The notes below the pieces were generated by a model. The model made no database searches. It was not told where the DNA came from and saw nothing but the letters and a program-made list of their open reading frames with translations. The translations under genes and the position numbers were made by a program. 64,000 bases of DNA from a candidate division FCPU426 bacterium. GTDB taxonomy: Bacteria; Oederibacteriota; Muellerivitia; Muellerivitales; Muellerivitaceae. The stretch is taken from positions 64,001 to 128,000 of the forward strand of contig CAVYSE010000028.1 of assembly GCA_963771075.1 (NCBI GenBank), written 5' to 3'. Numbering within the stretch: the stretch's first letter is position 1; the number at the start of each line of letters is the position of its first letter. Below are positions 9,839 to 19,728 of the stretch, one piece after another.

Positions 9839-10471
9839 TCAAGAATAGATATAGGAAAGACTAGGAAGAAGATTGGTTGGTGTAAGTTCTCTTATCTTCG
9901 CACCCCGTCCTTCCCATTCGATGACCCTTTGTTGGTGTTCCCGCCAAATCGTCCGAACCGAAATTTCGCCGTAAACCGCCTTCAAGTGTAGGGAAAGTTG
10001 TTCATTCGTCGGCCTTTTGGCGCCGGTCAAGAGCCTTGCCGCGCCATCCTGCGAACAGGCGGTCAAAATAAATCCATTCCCATCAAAAGAATAGATTTCA
10101 AGATTGGGGAGGACCACCTTTCCCCCTTCTTTTCCCTCGACCCAATTCACGATCAGTACCGCCGACTTAGCGTCGGGAGCGATGAAGGTGGAAGCCCAGA
10201 AAAAATTCATCGCGGCGTAGGAAAAATCGCCTACATGCCGGAAACCTTCTGATTTTAATCGAATAATGAGTTCTCTTTGCCATGGGGGGGTCAGGGCTTC
10301 CACCAAACCCGGAGGCGCCGGTGCCAGGATTACCGGAGGTTGGGGCAGGTCTCCATCATTTTTTTTGGTTTTAGGCCGGCTTTTTTCAGCCGCCCAAATC
10401 AGGATTCCTGTTCCTAAAAGCAAAAGGAGAACAACTGTTCCAACCGAACCCATAACACCCTTTTCACCCAA
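9839..10471 (-). CDS. Hypothetical membrane-anchored protein
   Basis: N-terminal TM helix, 210-aa ORF. Confidence 0.6.
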   Translation of the reverse strand: MGEKGVMGSVGTVVLLLLLGTGILIWAAEKSRPKTKKNDGDLPQPPVILAPAPPGLVEALTPPWQRELIIRLKSEGFRHVGDFSYAAMNFFWASTFIAPDAKSAVLIVNWVEGKEGGKVVLPNLEIYSFDGNGFILTACSQDGAARLLTGAKRPTNEQLSLHLKAVYGEISVRTIWREHQQRVIEWEGRGAKIRELTPTNLLPSLSYIYS

Positions 10472-10635
10472 GAGTCATAGAGACACAGAGGAAAACCTAA
10501 TTAATTTATGAACTTATAAAACCTTAAAACCCCAGTTCATTCAATGTGTAACTTTATGTTTTATTCTTGAAGCTGACTTGCCTTTGCGCTTATCCCAAAA
10601 CGATTTTCTATGGGACTTTGTGTTTCCGTGGTAAT
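10463..10635. repeat. Intergenic paired nonamer inverted repeat (REP-like)
   Basis: atagagacacagag ... ctttgtgtttccgtggt. Confidence 0.45.
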
Positions 10636-10640
10636 TTTTT

Positions 10641-11204
10641 TTACTTTCCGTAGGTTCCCATCAATTGGGTTTCGGCGAGAATATGCCCTTTCATGACACC
10701 CAAGAGCTGATTTTTGGAGGCCCCCGCCCTCAGATTCAAGACCGTATCCAGGGCGTAAAGCTTGAAATAGTACCGGTGGACTCCGCTCGGAGGCGCCGGA
10801 CCGTCATAACCGATTTGGCCAAAGTCGTTCATACCTTGGCGGATTCCCTTATCGCTGATTTCCTTCTTTGGGAAGTTTTCCAATAACTTGAAAGTGGATT
10901 TGAACACTTCCTTCTCGATGGGAATGTCAAATATAACCCAATGGACCCAGATACGGCCGGGGGCGTCCGGATCGTCGCAAATCAGGGCGAAGGTTTTTGT
11001 TTTCTCAGGAACGCCCGTCCAATGCAATTCGGGAGACTGGTTCTCGTGTTGATAACCGCACCAGGAGGGCAGACGGTCTCCCGCTTTGAAGGATTCACTG
11101 AATAATTGAAGCTTACCCTTTTCCATATCCGATCCTCCCCAAACCCAAGAACTCCAAAAGACCAAAACGAACACCATGGGTCCAAATTTTGGAATCATAA
11201 CCAT
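10641..11204 (-). CDS. YbhB/YbcL (PEBP) family protein
   Basis: ICDDPDAP...WVHW and YDGPAPPSGVHRY motifs. Confidence 0.92.
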   Translation of the reverse strand: MVMIPKFGPMVFVLVFWSSWVWGGSDMEKGKLQLFSESFKAGDRLPSWCGYQHENQSPELHWTGVPEKTKTFALICDDPDAPGRIWVHWVIFDIPIEKEVFKSTFKLLENFPKKEISDKGIRQGMNDFGQIGYDGPAPPSGVHRYYFKLYALDTVLNLRAGASKNQLLGVMKGHILAETQLMGTYGK

Positions 11205-11315
11205 CTCTCTTTTTCGGAATGTTTGATTCTTATTTTAATATTAGTTGGTAATTTATACTTGGTTTAACCTTACAATATGACATCCGGTGGATTTCATCCC
11301 TTAAAAGAACAAACA

Positions 11316-12350
11316 ATGCCCGAAATCGACTCTTATCTCCAAACCTGCATCGACCAGAAATGTTCCGACCTGCATATTGCCTCCGAATCCCCTGTTTGCG
11401 TCCGCCAATTGGGCCGGTTGATCCCCATCACGGAGGGGCCCCTTTCCGCCGAACAATGTGAGGCCCTGATTTTCGAGGCATTGGACCCGGCGACCCTGGG
11501 ACGCCTGAAGGAATCCCTCGAAGTGGATACCACCTATACCCTCCCTAACGGCGAGCGATTCCGCGTGAATGCCTTTCGCCAGCGGCTAGGCTGGGACGCC
11601 GTTTACCGCCATTTCAGCTCCAAGGTCCGCTCCATTGATGAGTTGGGCCTTCCGCCTATCCTTAAAAAATTCGCCGACGCCAACCAGGGAATCATCCTCA
11701 TCACCGGACCCGGCCGATGCGGAAAGTCCACCACCTGTTCCGCCCTGGTTGATTATTTGAACGAGACCACCGAAGAACATATTATCACTATTGAGGACCC
11801 TATCGAGTATATCCACCACCGCAAACAATCCATCGTCAACCAGCGGGGGGTGGGCCACCACACCGAAAGCTTCACCAGCGCCCTCCGGAGCGCCCTCCGG
11901 GAAGATCCGGATATCATCATGGTGGGGGAAATGCGGGACCACGAGACCATGAGCCTGGCCCTGACCGCCGCCGAAACGGGCCACCTGGTCATCGGGACCC
12001 TTCACACCGGGTCCGCCACCTCCACTATTTCCCGTGTCGTCAGCTTGTTCCCCGCGGGTGAACAACCCCAAGCCATTGCCAGCCTCTCCGAAAACCTCGT
12101 GGGAATCGTCTCCCAGCGCCTTCTAGTCAACGCCGAGGGAAACGGCATGGTGCCCGCCTTCGAGATCCTGGTCAATATCATGGCGGTATCCAATGTCATT
12201 CACGAGCGGGAGTTCTTCAAGATCCCATCCCTCATTGCGACCGGTGCATTGCACGGAATGCTGACCATGGAAGCGTCCCTCAAGGCCCTGGTCACGGCCA
12301 AAAAAATCAACCCGGCCCAGGCCGACGAAATACTGGCGGAGGAATCCTGA
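11316..12350 (+). CDS. pilT: Type IV pilus retraction ATPase, PilT/PilU family
   Basis: SDLH, Walker A GPGRCGKST, TIEDPIE, ALREDPD, GEMRD and TLHT motifs. Confidence 0.85.
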   Translation: MPEIDSYLQTCIDQKCSDLHIASESPVCVRQLGRLIPITEGPLSAEQCEALIFEALDPATLGRLKESLEVDTTYTLPNGERFRVNAFRQRLGWDAVYRHFSSKVRSIDELGLPPILKKFADANQGIILITGPGRCGKSTTCSALVDYLNETTEEHIITIEDPIEYIHHRKQSIVNQRGVGHHTESFTSALRSALREDPDIIMVGEMRDHETMSLALTAAETGHLVIGTLHTGSATSTISRVVSLFPAGEQPQAIASLSENLVGIVSQRLLVNAEGNGMVPAFEILVNIMAVSNVIHEREFFKIPSLIATGALHGMLTMEASLKALVTAKKINPAQADEILAEES

Positions 12351-13444
12351 TGGCCGCTATCGACGATCTTTGCAAGGCCATGGTGGCGAAAGGCGCCTCC
12401 GACATGCACCTGACCATCGGGAACCCCCCCCTAATCCGGGTCCATGGCGACCTCATCCCCTTGAACGAAACGGTTATCGACGAGGATCTCATCCAAGGCC
12501 TTCTTTACGAAACCATGACGCCTGAACAGTGGACTTTATGTTGGAATAGGCGCGACTATGATTATGCTTACGAGGTCCCGGACCTGGCCCGCTATCGGGC
12601 CAATGTTTTTTTTAACCAGCAAGGCATTGCCGCGGTGTTTCGTACCATCCCCACCAAGATCCTCTCACTCCAGCAGTTGGGGATGCCGCCTGTCATGACC
12701 GAGATGTGCAAGACCAAGAGGGGCCTGGTCTTGATCACGGGTCCCACCGGAAGCGGCAAAAGCACCACCCTGGCCGCCATGATCGACGAGATCAACAACA
12801 CCCGGGAAGCGCACATCCTCACCATCGAAGATCCTATCGAGTTCGTGCACCGAATGAAGAAATCCAAGATCACCCAGCGCGAAGTGCATCATGACACCCA
12901 CTCGTTCAAGGCGGCCTTGCGGTCCTCAATGCGTCAGGACCCAGACATCATCCTGGTAGGCGAGATGCGCGATTACGAGACCATCTCCCTGGTGATCGCG
13001 GCCGCCGAGATGGGTATTTTGGTCTTCGGGACCCTCCATACCAATTCCACCTCCAAGACCATCGACCGCATCATCAACGTCTACCCGGCCGACGAACGGG
13101 ATAAGGCGCGGGACGCCCTGGCCGCATCCTTAAAGAGCATCGTAGCCCAGCAGCTTTGCCCCACCAAGGACGGCAAAGGGCGCGTAGCCGCCGTGGAGGT
13201 GCTTTCTTTCGACAAAAGCCTCCCTAACCTGATCCGAACCGGCAAGACCTCCGGGATCAATTCCCTCATCGAGATTAGCGGCAACCAGGGGATGCAAACG
13301 ATGGATATGTGCCTGATGAACCTGTTTAAGGCGGACCGCATTTCGGCCAAGCAGGCTTATTTGAAAGCGCTGGACAAGAAAAAATTCCAGGCTTTGTTGG
13401 ACAAAGAAATCGCCAAGGAAGCCGCTGCCGACCCCTGGAAGTAA
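12350..13444 (+). CDS. pilT: Type IV pilus retraction ATPase PilT
   Basis: GPTGSGKST, TIEDPIE, RQDPD, GEMRD and TLHTNS motifs. Confidence 0.9.
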   Translation: MAAIDDLCKAMVAKGASDMHLTIGNPPLIRVHGDLIPLNETVIDEDLIQGLLYETMTPEQWTLCWNRRDYDYAYEVPDLARYRANVFFNQQGIAAVFRTIPTKILSLQQLGMPPVMTEMCKTKRGLVLITGPTGSGKSTTLAAMIDEINNTREAHILTIEDPIEFVHRMKKSKITQREVHHDTHSFKAALRSSMRQDPDIILVGEMRDYETISLVIAAAEMGILVFGTLHTNSTSKTIDRIINVYPADERDKARDALAASLKSIVAQQLCPTKDGKGRVAAVEVLSFDKSLPNLIRTGKTSGINSLIEISGNQGMQTMDMCLMNLFKADRISAKQAYLKALDKKKFQALLDKEIAKEAAADPWK

Positions 13445-13457
13445 CCCTTGTGCAGGC

Positions 13458-13886
13458 TTACGACCGATCCCTCAAGCGGGCCGCCCAAACCCCCAGGCAC
13501 TGATTGCTGACCACCTGTATCCCTTCCACCTCCAGCCGGGCCTCGGACTGGGGATGGGTGATTCCGGTTTGGAGCCAAACCGTTTTTGGCCGTTTCTCTT
13601 GGGGTAAGGCCAAGATCTCATCCACAAGCTCGGGGATTAACTCACTGCGCCTGAAAACATCCAGGATATCGGGTTGGATGGGGAGATCCTCCAATTTGGC
13701 ATAGGCCTCCAGTCCGAGCGAAGATACGATCATGGGATTCACGGGGTAAATCTCATAACCCCTCTCTTTGAGCATGGCGGGAATGGTATAGGCGGGGCGA
13801 TCCATCCTTTTCTCGTCTTGCATGCCATAAATCGCGATGGTTCGGGCTTCTTTCACGATTTGGGCAACCATTTCGTCTTCAAGCAT
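13458..13886 (-). CDS. CoA-binding protein, YccU-like
   Basis: GYEIYPVNP, DVFRRSE and VWLQTGI motifs. Confidence 0.88.
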   Translation of the reverse strand: MLEDEMVAQIVKEARTIAIYGMQDEKRMDRPAYTIPAMLKERGYEIYPVNPMIVSSLGLEAYAKLEDLPIQPDILDVFRRSELIPELVDEILALPQEKRPKTVWLQTGITHPQSEARLEVEGIQVVSNQCLGVWAARLRDRS

Positions 13887-14024
13887 CCAATCACCTCACA
13901 AAAAAAGATCTTTTTCACCACCAAGCCACCAAGTAAAACAAAAATTTTGCTAGTTTTTATGGCGTCATTCCTAACTTTTCCTTATAGGTATTGGTGCCTG
14001 GGTAGTGGTATCCATGTTTAAGAA

Positions 14025-14459
14025 TTAGACGCTTAAGTTTGGTGTGTAGAGGACATACAACATCCAGTAAACAATCACACCTGTTATGGAAACATAAACC
14101 CAGATGGGGAAGGTTATTTTGGCGATCTTTCTGTGCTTCTCGAACTCACCCCGAATGGCCCGAATTATCGTCCAGATGGCCAAAACCGGCACAAGAACAG
14201 CTAAGAGGGTATGAGTAGTCAAAATAAAGAAATAGATGGGACGTATAAGCCCTTTGCCAGTGAAATGCACCACCCCCACATGAGCGTGAAAATATAGGTA
14301 GCAGACTAAAAAAATGGCGGAGGATAGAAATGCTAGACCCATGCAGGTCTTATGGGCCAATAACTTCTTGTTCCTGATAAAGGCATAGCCCATAAGGAGA
14401 AGAAGGGCGCTGAGGCCATTGAGACAGGCGATCAGAAAAGGAACCTGGGAAAGGCTCAT
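14025..14459 (-). CDS. DUF420 family membrane protein (CtaM-like)
   Basis: LNGLS, HKTCM, THTLLA and HRKIAKITFPIWVYVSITG motifs. Confidence 0.88.
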   Translation of the reverse strand: MSLSQVPFLIACLNGLSALLLLMGYAFIRNKKLLAHKTCMGLAFLSSAIFLVCYLYFHAHVGVVHFTGKGLIRPIYFFILTTHTLLAVLVPVLAIWTIIRAIRGEFEKHRKIAKITFPIWVYVSITGVIVYWMLYVLYTPNLSV

Positions 14460-15082
14460 CCCTTTCCTCCGTGTTTCAACAGGTAGACCGCGTCTAATTG
14501 CAGGTTCTGGATATCATTCAGGTCATCCCCGTCATACATTCCCCGGATCTTGCCATCGGCGTCAACGAGCACCACGCGGATGGTGTGGATGAACTCAAAT
14601 CCCGGTATAGCCTGGGGATCCTCGGCCGCGCTGAGTTTAAAACCTTGTTTGATCATAGTATAAAGATCCTTTTTGGTGCCGGTCAGGAATATCCACTGTT
14701 GTGGATCGGCGCCAAACTCCTTCGCGTATTTAGCCATCACCGGCACCTTATCGTAATCCGGGTCTACCGTGAAAGTTACCAGTTTGAAATCATCCTGATC
14801 CTTGAATTGGCGGGCCAGAACCCTTAGATGTCCCGACAAGATGGGGCAGGTCCCCGAACAACGGGTAAAGATAAAATCGCAGACCCAGACCTTACCCTTG
14901 AGCCGGGCGGAAGAAAAGATCTTCCCTTCCTGGGTGGTGAAAGAAAAATTGGGCGCCGATAAAATGGGTTTCAGGAATTTCGAGGATGGACGGGCTTGGA
15001 AAACACGATAGCCCCAGACCGCCAGGATAGCCAGGCTGATAGCCATCACCGACGCCATAACGCCTTTGGGGGGATGGTTCAT
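14456..15082 (-). CDS. SCO family copper chaperone
   Basis: FIFTRCSGTCP, TVDPDYD and a conserved His. Confidence 0.92.
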   Translation of the reverse strand: MNHPPKGVMASVMAISLAILAVWGYRVFQARPSSKFLKPILSAPNFSFTTQEGKIFSSARLKGKVWVCDFIFTRCSGTCPILSGHLRVLARQFKDQDDFKLVTFTVDPDYDKVPVMAKYAKEFGADPQQWIFLTGTKKDLYTMIKQGFKLSAAEDPQAIPGFEFIHTIRVVLVDADGKIRGMYDGDDLNDIQNLQLDAVYLLKHGGKG

Positions 15083-15834
15083 GAGCGGTTCTTGATTTCG
15101 CTTTTCGCCACCGCCAGCGAAGAGATGAAATAAAAGAAGAGTCCAGCCAGAGTTAACGCCAGGAGGCAGATTCCCATGGAAGGAAGGTTCGTATTATTCG
15201 ATTCGTGGGGATAGAGCCCTTCCCGAACTCCCGCCACTCCATAGGTCAAAGGATTCACCGCCATGAGAATCTTCATGAAGCCTGAATTGGAGGCGGGGAA
15301 AACCGCACCCGAGGCCATCCAAAGAGGAAGTAGAACCAGGTTCATGATCGTGTGAAAGCCGGGGATGGACTCGATTTTCCAAGCCAGCCAGAAGCCCGCC
15401 GCGTTCATGACGAAAGATATCAAAAAAAGGGCTGCGGTCAAACCCAAAAGGGGGACGGGTTGGAAACTGGCCCCCACAAATAAACCAATCGGCAATAGGA
15501 TCAAACCCTGCACCGTGGACAAGGTCGATCCGCCCAGGATCTTGCCCATGACGATAGCCCCCCGCGAAACCGGCGCCACCATGACCGACTGCAAAAACCC
15601 CGCTTGCCGGTCCTCGATCACGGACGCATTGGAAAAAATGCAGGTGAACATAACGCTCATTAACAAGGTGCCGGGGAAAAAGTAGGCGCGATAATCGGCC
15701 TGGGGAACGCCCGAGCCCAAGACCAGCCAAAAAAGAAAGGCCGTTCCGATCGCCCCTACCACCCGGCTGGGCTGTCGGTAAAAGCGGACTAATTCCCTCT
15801 GCCAGAGGGTGAAGGTGGCTGTCCAAAAAGTCAT
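15079..15834 (-). CDS. ABC-2 type permease
   Basis: RELVRF, EDRQAGFLQ and NPLTY motifs; multi-TM. Confidence 0.9.
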   Translation of the reverse strand: MTFWTATFTLWQRELVRFYRQPSRVVGAIGTAFLFWLVLGSGVPQADYRAYFFPGTLLMSVMFTCIFSNASVIEDRQAGFLQSVMVAPVSRGAIVMGKILGGSTLSTVQGLILLPIGLFVGASFQPVPLLGLTAALFLISFVMNAAGFWLAWKIESIPGFHTIMNLVLLPLWMASGAVFPASNSGFMKILMAVNPLTYGVAGVREGLYPHESNNTNLPSMGICLLALTLAGLFFYFISSLAVAKSEIKNRS

Positions 15835-15850
15835 ATTAACCTCTAATCTT

Positions 15851-15947
15851 TCACCGCGAAGCCGCGAAGAAAACCATCCAGCAATGTTGTTTTAGGCCTG
15901 AAACTTTTGATTCCTCTTAAAAAGCCGTTCTTCGCGTCTTCGCGGTT
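15851..15947. repeat. Intergenic paired nonamer inverted repeat (REP-like)
   Basis: accgcgaagccgcgaagaa ... ttcttcgcgtcttcgcggt. Confidence 0.65.
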
Positions 15948-15951
15948 CATC

Positions 15952-16881
15952 CTATTCTTTCTCCTCCGAGAGGCCGCGGCCGGTTTTGTGGATGAAAACA
16001 TCCTCCAGCGTGGGCAGGCCCACGGTAAGGGAAAGAACCTCATTGGGAAAATTATCAAGGATGGGCGACACCAGATTGTGGGCCTTGGGTTGTTCCACCT
16101 GGAGTACTCCCGCCATGATCTTCGACTCGATTTTCAGTTTTTCGTTTAGTGCCTTTTGGAAGGTTTCGGGTGCCCTGGCGCGGATACGAAGCACTTCACC
16201 GCCGATGGAGGCTTTCAACTCCTCAGGATAGCCAAGGGCCACCATCTCGCCCTGGTGGAGAATCAGGATCCGGTCGCACCGGTCCGCCTCTTCCAGGTAG
16301 TGGGTTGTCACCAGCACCGTCATGCCTTCCGATTTTCTTAAATTTTCCAGGTGGCCCCAAAATTCCCTCCGGGCGGAGGGATCAAGCCCCGTGGAGGGCT
16401 CGTCCAAGATCATCAACGCAGGATCGTTTATGAGGGCCTTGGCTAGCTCCACCCTGCGCTGAAGACCCCCGGAAAGGGTTTCCACCCGGTCCTTTTGCCT
16501 GTCTTGGAGGTCCAACCGGTCGAGGTCCCGGTCCATGCGTTTTTCAAGCTCCCCTCCCGTCAATCCATAAAGATGGCCTTGGTGCCGGAGATTCTCGCGA
16601 ACGGTCAGTTTTTTATCCAGGGCTGGAGACTGGAAGACAATACCCATTTTGGAACGTACTTCCTGGAGATGGTCGGCCACATCCAAGCCGAAATAACGAA
16701 CATGGCCTTTCGCGCAGGGATAAAGGGTGGAAAGCAACTTGAAGGTGGTCGACTTTCCACCCCCGTTTGGGCCTAAAAATCCGAAAATTTCGCCCTTTTG
16801 GACCGCGAAGGAAAGGCCTTTCAAAGCAGTCTTGTCTCCATACTTAAATGAAAGGTTTTGAACAGAGAGAATATCTGGCAA
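15952..16881 (-). CDS. ABC transporter ATP-binding protein
   Basis: GPNGGGKST, LSGG, ILDEP and TTH motifs. Confidence 0.93.
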   Translation of the reverse strand: MPDILSVQNLSFKYGDKTALKGLSFAVQKGEIFGFLGPNGGGKSTTFKLLSTLYPCAKGHVRYFGLDVADHLQEVRSKMGIVFQSPALDKKLTVRENLRHQGHLYGLTGGELEKRMDRDLDRLDLQDRQKDRVETLSGGLQRRVELAKALINDPALMILDEPSTGLDPSARREFWGHLENLRKSEGMTVLVTTHYLEEADRCDRILILHQGEMVALGYPEELKASIGGEVLRIRARAPETFQKALNEKLKIESKIMAGVLQVEQPKAHNLVSPILDNFPNEVLSLTVGLPTLEDVFIHKTGRGLSEEKE

Positions 16882-16884
16882 GGC

Positions 16885-17733
16885 TTACCCCTTATCCATC
16901 ACCATGGCCGCGAAAAGGCATGGCAAGTACAGGATGGAAACCCAGAATAACTTGCGAGCCTGGGCCAGGGACCGGTTCTTGGCCAAGGCAACGGCGAAGC
17001 CCACAAAGGCTAAACTTAACACAAGGGCGATCCAGAAATATACGGGGCCGGTCATGTGTAAATAAACCGGCAAAACCGACACGGGTAATAGAGCCAAAGA
17101 GTAAACCACCGCCACCAGGCCCGTCAATTCTCCCTTCGGATCTCGGACGGAGAGCATGGGAAACCCGGCTCTTTCATAATCTTGGCGGTATATCCAACCG
17201 ATCGCGAGGAAATGCGGCATTTGCCAGAAGAAGAGAATACTAAAAAGAGTAAACCCTTCCAGCCCGGTGTGATTGGTCGCCGCCGCATAACCCATCAAGG
17301 GTGGAAGGGCGCCGGGGACCGCGCCCACGACTGTGCAGAGGGACGTGATTTTTTTCAAGGGAGTGTAAAGCACAACGTAACTCACGAAGGCACAAAACCC
17401 TAGGAAAGCGGTCAATTCGTTCACCTTGAGGAAAAGGGTCAGAATTCCCGCGAGGGAAAGGGCAAGGCCAAACCAGAAAGCCTGACCGAGCGGTAGTCTG
17501 TCATCCGGGAGGGGCCTTTTTTGGGTCCGGGTCATGCGCTTGTCCGCCTCCACCTCAAACCATTGGTTCAGGGCCCCGCATCCACCGGCGAGAAGGGTGG
17601 CCCCGACCAGGGAAAACAAAAGAGTCTTCCAAGCCAAAGTTCCAGGGCTACCCAACAAAAAACCGGCAAGGTTGGTGAGGATCGCCAAAAAATTCAGCCT
17701 GGGTTTGGTGAGGGATAAATAATCGGAAAGCAT
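16885..17733 (-). CDS. ctaB: Protoheme IX farnesyltransferase (heme O synthase)
   Basis: LTKPR, DKRMTRTQKRPLP, YTPLKK and WQMPHF motifs; start reset to ATG 17733. Confidence 0.93.
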   Translation of the reverse strand: MLSDYLSLTKPRLNFLAILTNLAGFLLGSPGTLAWKTLLFSLVGATLLAGGCGALNQWFEVEADKRMTRTQKRPLPDDRLPLGQAFWFGLALSLAGILTLFLKVNELTAFLGFCAFVSYVVLYTPLKKITSLCTVVGAVPGALPPLMGYAAATNHTGLEGFTLFSILFFWQMPHFLAIGWIYRQDYERAGFPMLSVRDPKGELTGLVAVVYSLALLPVSVLPVYLHMTGPVYFWIALVLSLAFVGFAVALAKNRSLAQARKLFWVSILYLPCLFAAMVMDKG

Positions 17734-17741
17734 TGAAGTTT

Positions 17742-18662
17742 TCAAGTCTTGACCAGTTCCTTGATCAACCGCCGACTGTTCAGGGTCAGGATGAGGGTGG
17801 ACGCCATCACGCCCGCGCCAATGAGCACGTGGAAAGAGGTGGGGATCACGTCCTTTTGTGTCACAACCACCAGCATCCCGAAAAAGCATTGCATCCAGAC
17901 CAAGAGCCCCGCCCACGCGGCAGGCCAATAGATGGATTTTTCCTCAGGGTAAGCTCGGCAGACACGGAATGAAACCCAGGTTATAAAGGTTAAAACGGCC
18001 AATGCCCCCAAGCGGTGCAAATAGTTGACCAGGATAGGAAAGGTCCAATCCGGGGGCGCCAACCCGCCGAAACAAGTTGGAAAATCGGGGATGGCCAGGC
18101 CGGCACCGCTGTGGCGCATGACCGCCCCAATGAGGATTTGCGTGTAGACCAGGGGCACCGCCCAGGGAATGATTTTTTTGAGCGGGTTGTAATATAGGCG
18201 GCCCGGGTGATCCCAAACCCAAGCGCTCGAGGTGACCAGTGCCAGGGAAACATTCAGGCAAAGGAAAATCTGGGCTAAACCCGCGTGGGCAACCGAGACC
18301 GCCGTGGAAAGATGCATTAAAACCGTAACCCCTCCTAAAACCGCCTGTACCAGAACGGCCCCCACCGCGACCCAGGCGAGAACTTTCACCCATCGGCGGT
18401 TCTCGGCCCGCTGGATAAAAACCGCCTGGCCGATCGTCAGGAGCGCGACCGTACCCGCGATAAGCCGATGCCCATGCTCAAAAAGCACTCCCCCGACCAT
18501 TGGAGGAAATAACTGTCCGAAAGAGAGGGGCCAATCCGGAACGGACAGGCTGGAACCGGTGCTGGTGACCAAAGCACCCGCGAGAACAAGTAAAAAAGTA
18601 CATCCCGCCGTGAAAAGCGTAAAGCGATGAAGGACAGGTCGATAAACCGATTTTTCATCCAT
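17742..18662 (-). CDS. ctaA: Heme A synthase (COX15/CtaA)
   Basis: GSSLSVPDWP, FEHGHR, AHAG, GLAIPDFP and LHR motifs. Confidence 0.9.
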   Translation of the reverse strand: MDEKSVYRPVLHRFTLFTAGCTFLLVLAGALVTSTGSSLSVPDWPLSFGQLFPPMVGGVLFEHGHRLIAGTVALLTIGQAVFIQRAENRRWVKVLAWVAVGAVLVQAVLGGVTVLMHLSTAVSVAHAGLAQIFLCLNVSLALVTSSAWVWDHPGRLYYNPLKKIIPWAVPLVYTQILIGAVMRHSGAGLAIPDFPTCFGGLAPPDWTFPILVNYLHRLGALAVLTFITWVSFRVCRAYPEEKSIYWPAAWAGLLVWMQCFFGMLVVVTQKDVIPTSFHVLIGAGVMASTLILTLNSRRLIKELVKT

Positions 18663-18773
18663 AGAAACGATAACCTCCAACCCTTCTTAATAGAAAGCGC
18701 CATTTTCAGAAAAAAGGCCCCGGTATCAAGCCCGGAGCCTAGACCTTATAACAACTAGATTTTATAGGAGAAC

Positions 18774-19544
18774 TTACTGGGCCGTGAAGGTGAAATTGAT
18801 AGTCTTCGCTTCCCCGTCCTTGATGTCCACTTTTTGGGGAGCCGATTCCCCGTATTTTTCCTGGTACGCCGCTAGGGTATAGGAACCGGCGGGAAGGCCT
18901 GAAATTTTAAAGCTTCCATCCTCACCTGAAACGCAGAAGAAGGGGTGGGTAAAGACACCCGACATGCAATGCATCCAGCTATGCACGTCGCATTTAAATT
19001 TGACCGGCATTTCAGGTTTGGAGAATTTCTTTTCCGTGACCATTCCTTGGCTGGGTTGTCCGACGTTGAAGGCGTCATTGACCACGGGCATGGCATGGAC
19101 GTTATGCAGGGTATTGTCCCCATTTACGATTTCCAATGGCTGGTTGACTTGGATCCCGAATACGTGGGGATGGTACTGGCAACCTTTTTGTGTGAGCGTC
19201 ACGCCAGTGGAGGGTGCCGGGTAATTTCCAGCGCCTTCCTTCACATAGACCAGGACATTGGCGAGGTTTCCCTTAGCGTCCACCACTACTGTTTCATCAC
19301 GCATTGTGCCTGAGTGTTGGGCCTTGCAGACCGGGTCGGCGTCAAAATTTAGGACTGCCTGTTGAGGGGCTTTTCCAGTTAGCGTAACCTTGCCGGTTAC
19401 TGAAGCCGTGCCCATAACCGCCGATCCTGAGGAACCGGAGGAGCTGCCCCCTCCTGCCAGCAGATCATCCTCATCGCTTTTACCACAGCTGGACAGGCTC
19501 AAGCCAGTGATGAGAAGCAAAACCAGGTATTTGTGCAATCCCAT
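18774..19544 (-). CDS. Lipoprotein with carboxypeptidase-regulatory-like/cupredoxin-like domain
   Basis: Lipobox LSSC; QKGCQYHPH, LHNVH and KCDVHSWM motifs. Confidence 0.75.
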   Translation of the reverse strand: MGLHKYLVLLLITGLSLSSCGKSDEDDLLAGGGSSSGSSGSAVMGTASVTGKVTLTGKAPQQAVLNFDADPVCKAQHSGTMRDETVVVDAKGNLANVLVYVKEGAGNYPAPSTGVTLTQKGCQYHPHVFGIQVNQPLEIVNGDNTLHNVHAMPVVNDAFNVGQPSQGMVTEKKFSKPEMPVKFKCDVHSWMHCMSGVFTHPFFCVSGEDGSFKISGLPAGSYTLAAYQEKYGESAPQKVDIKDGEAKTINFTFTAQ

Positions 19545-19576
19545 ATCATCCTCCTAAAAATCATTAACCCAATTCA

Positions 19577-19667
19577 AACCACAGAGGCACAGGGAAAGCA
19601 TAAATCTTAGGATAAAGATCTTCTTTTTTTAACCTGTTTCCCTGTGTCTCCGTGTCACGATGGTGAA
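19577..19667. repeat. Intergenic paired nonamer inverted repeat (REP-like)
   Basis: accacagaggcacagggaaa ... tttccctgtgtctccgtg. Confidence 0.6.
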
Positions 19668-19728
19668 ATTCTTTTGTCTTTTTTCACTTTAGGTCGGAGC
19701 CCCGCTCATTGCAAGTGCCATGGGCCGG

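Noticed and set aside
17734..17928. N-terminal extension of ctaB in the ORF track
   Set aside because: Overlaps ctaA out of frame; homology begins at MLSDYLSLTKPR (17733).
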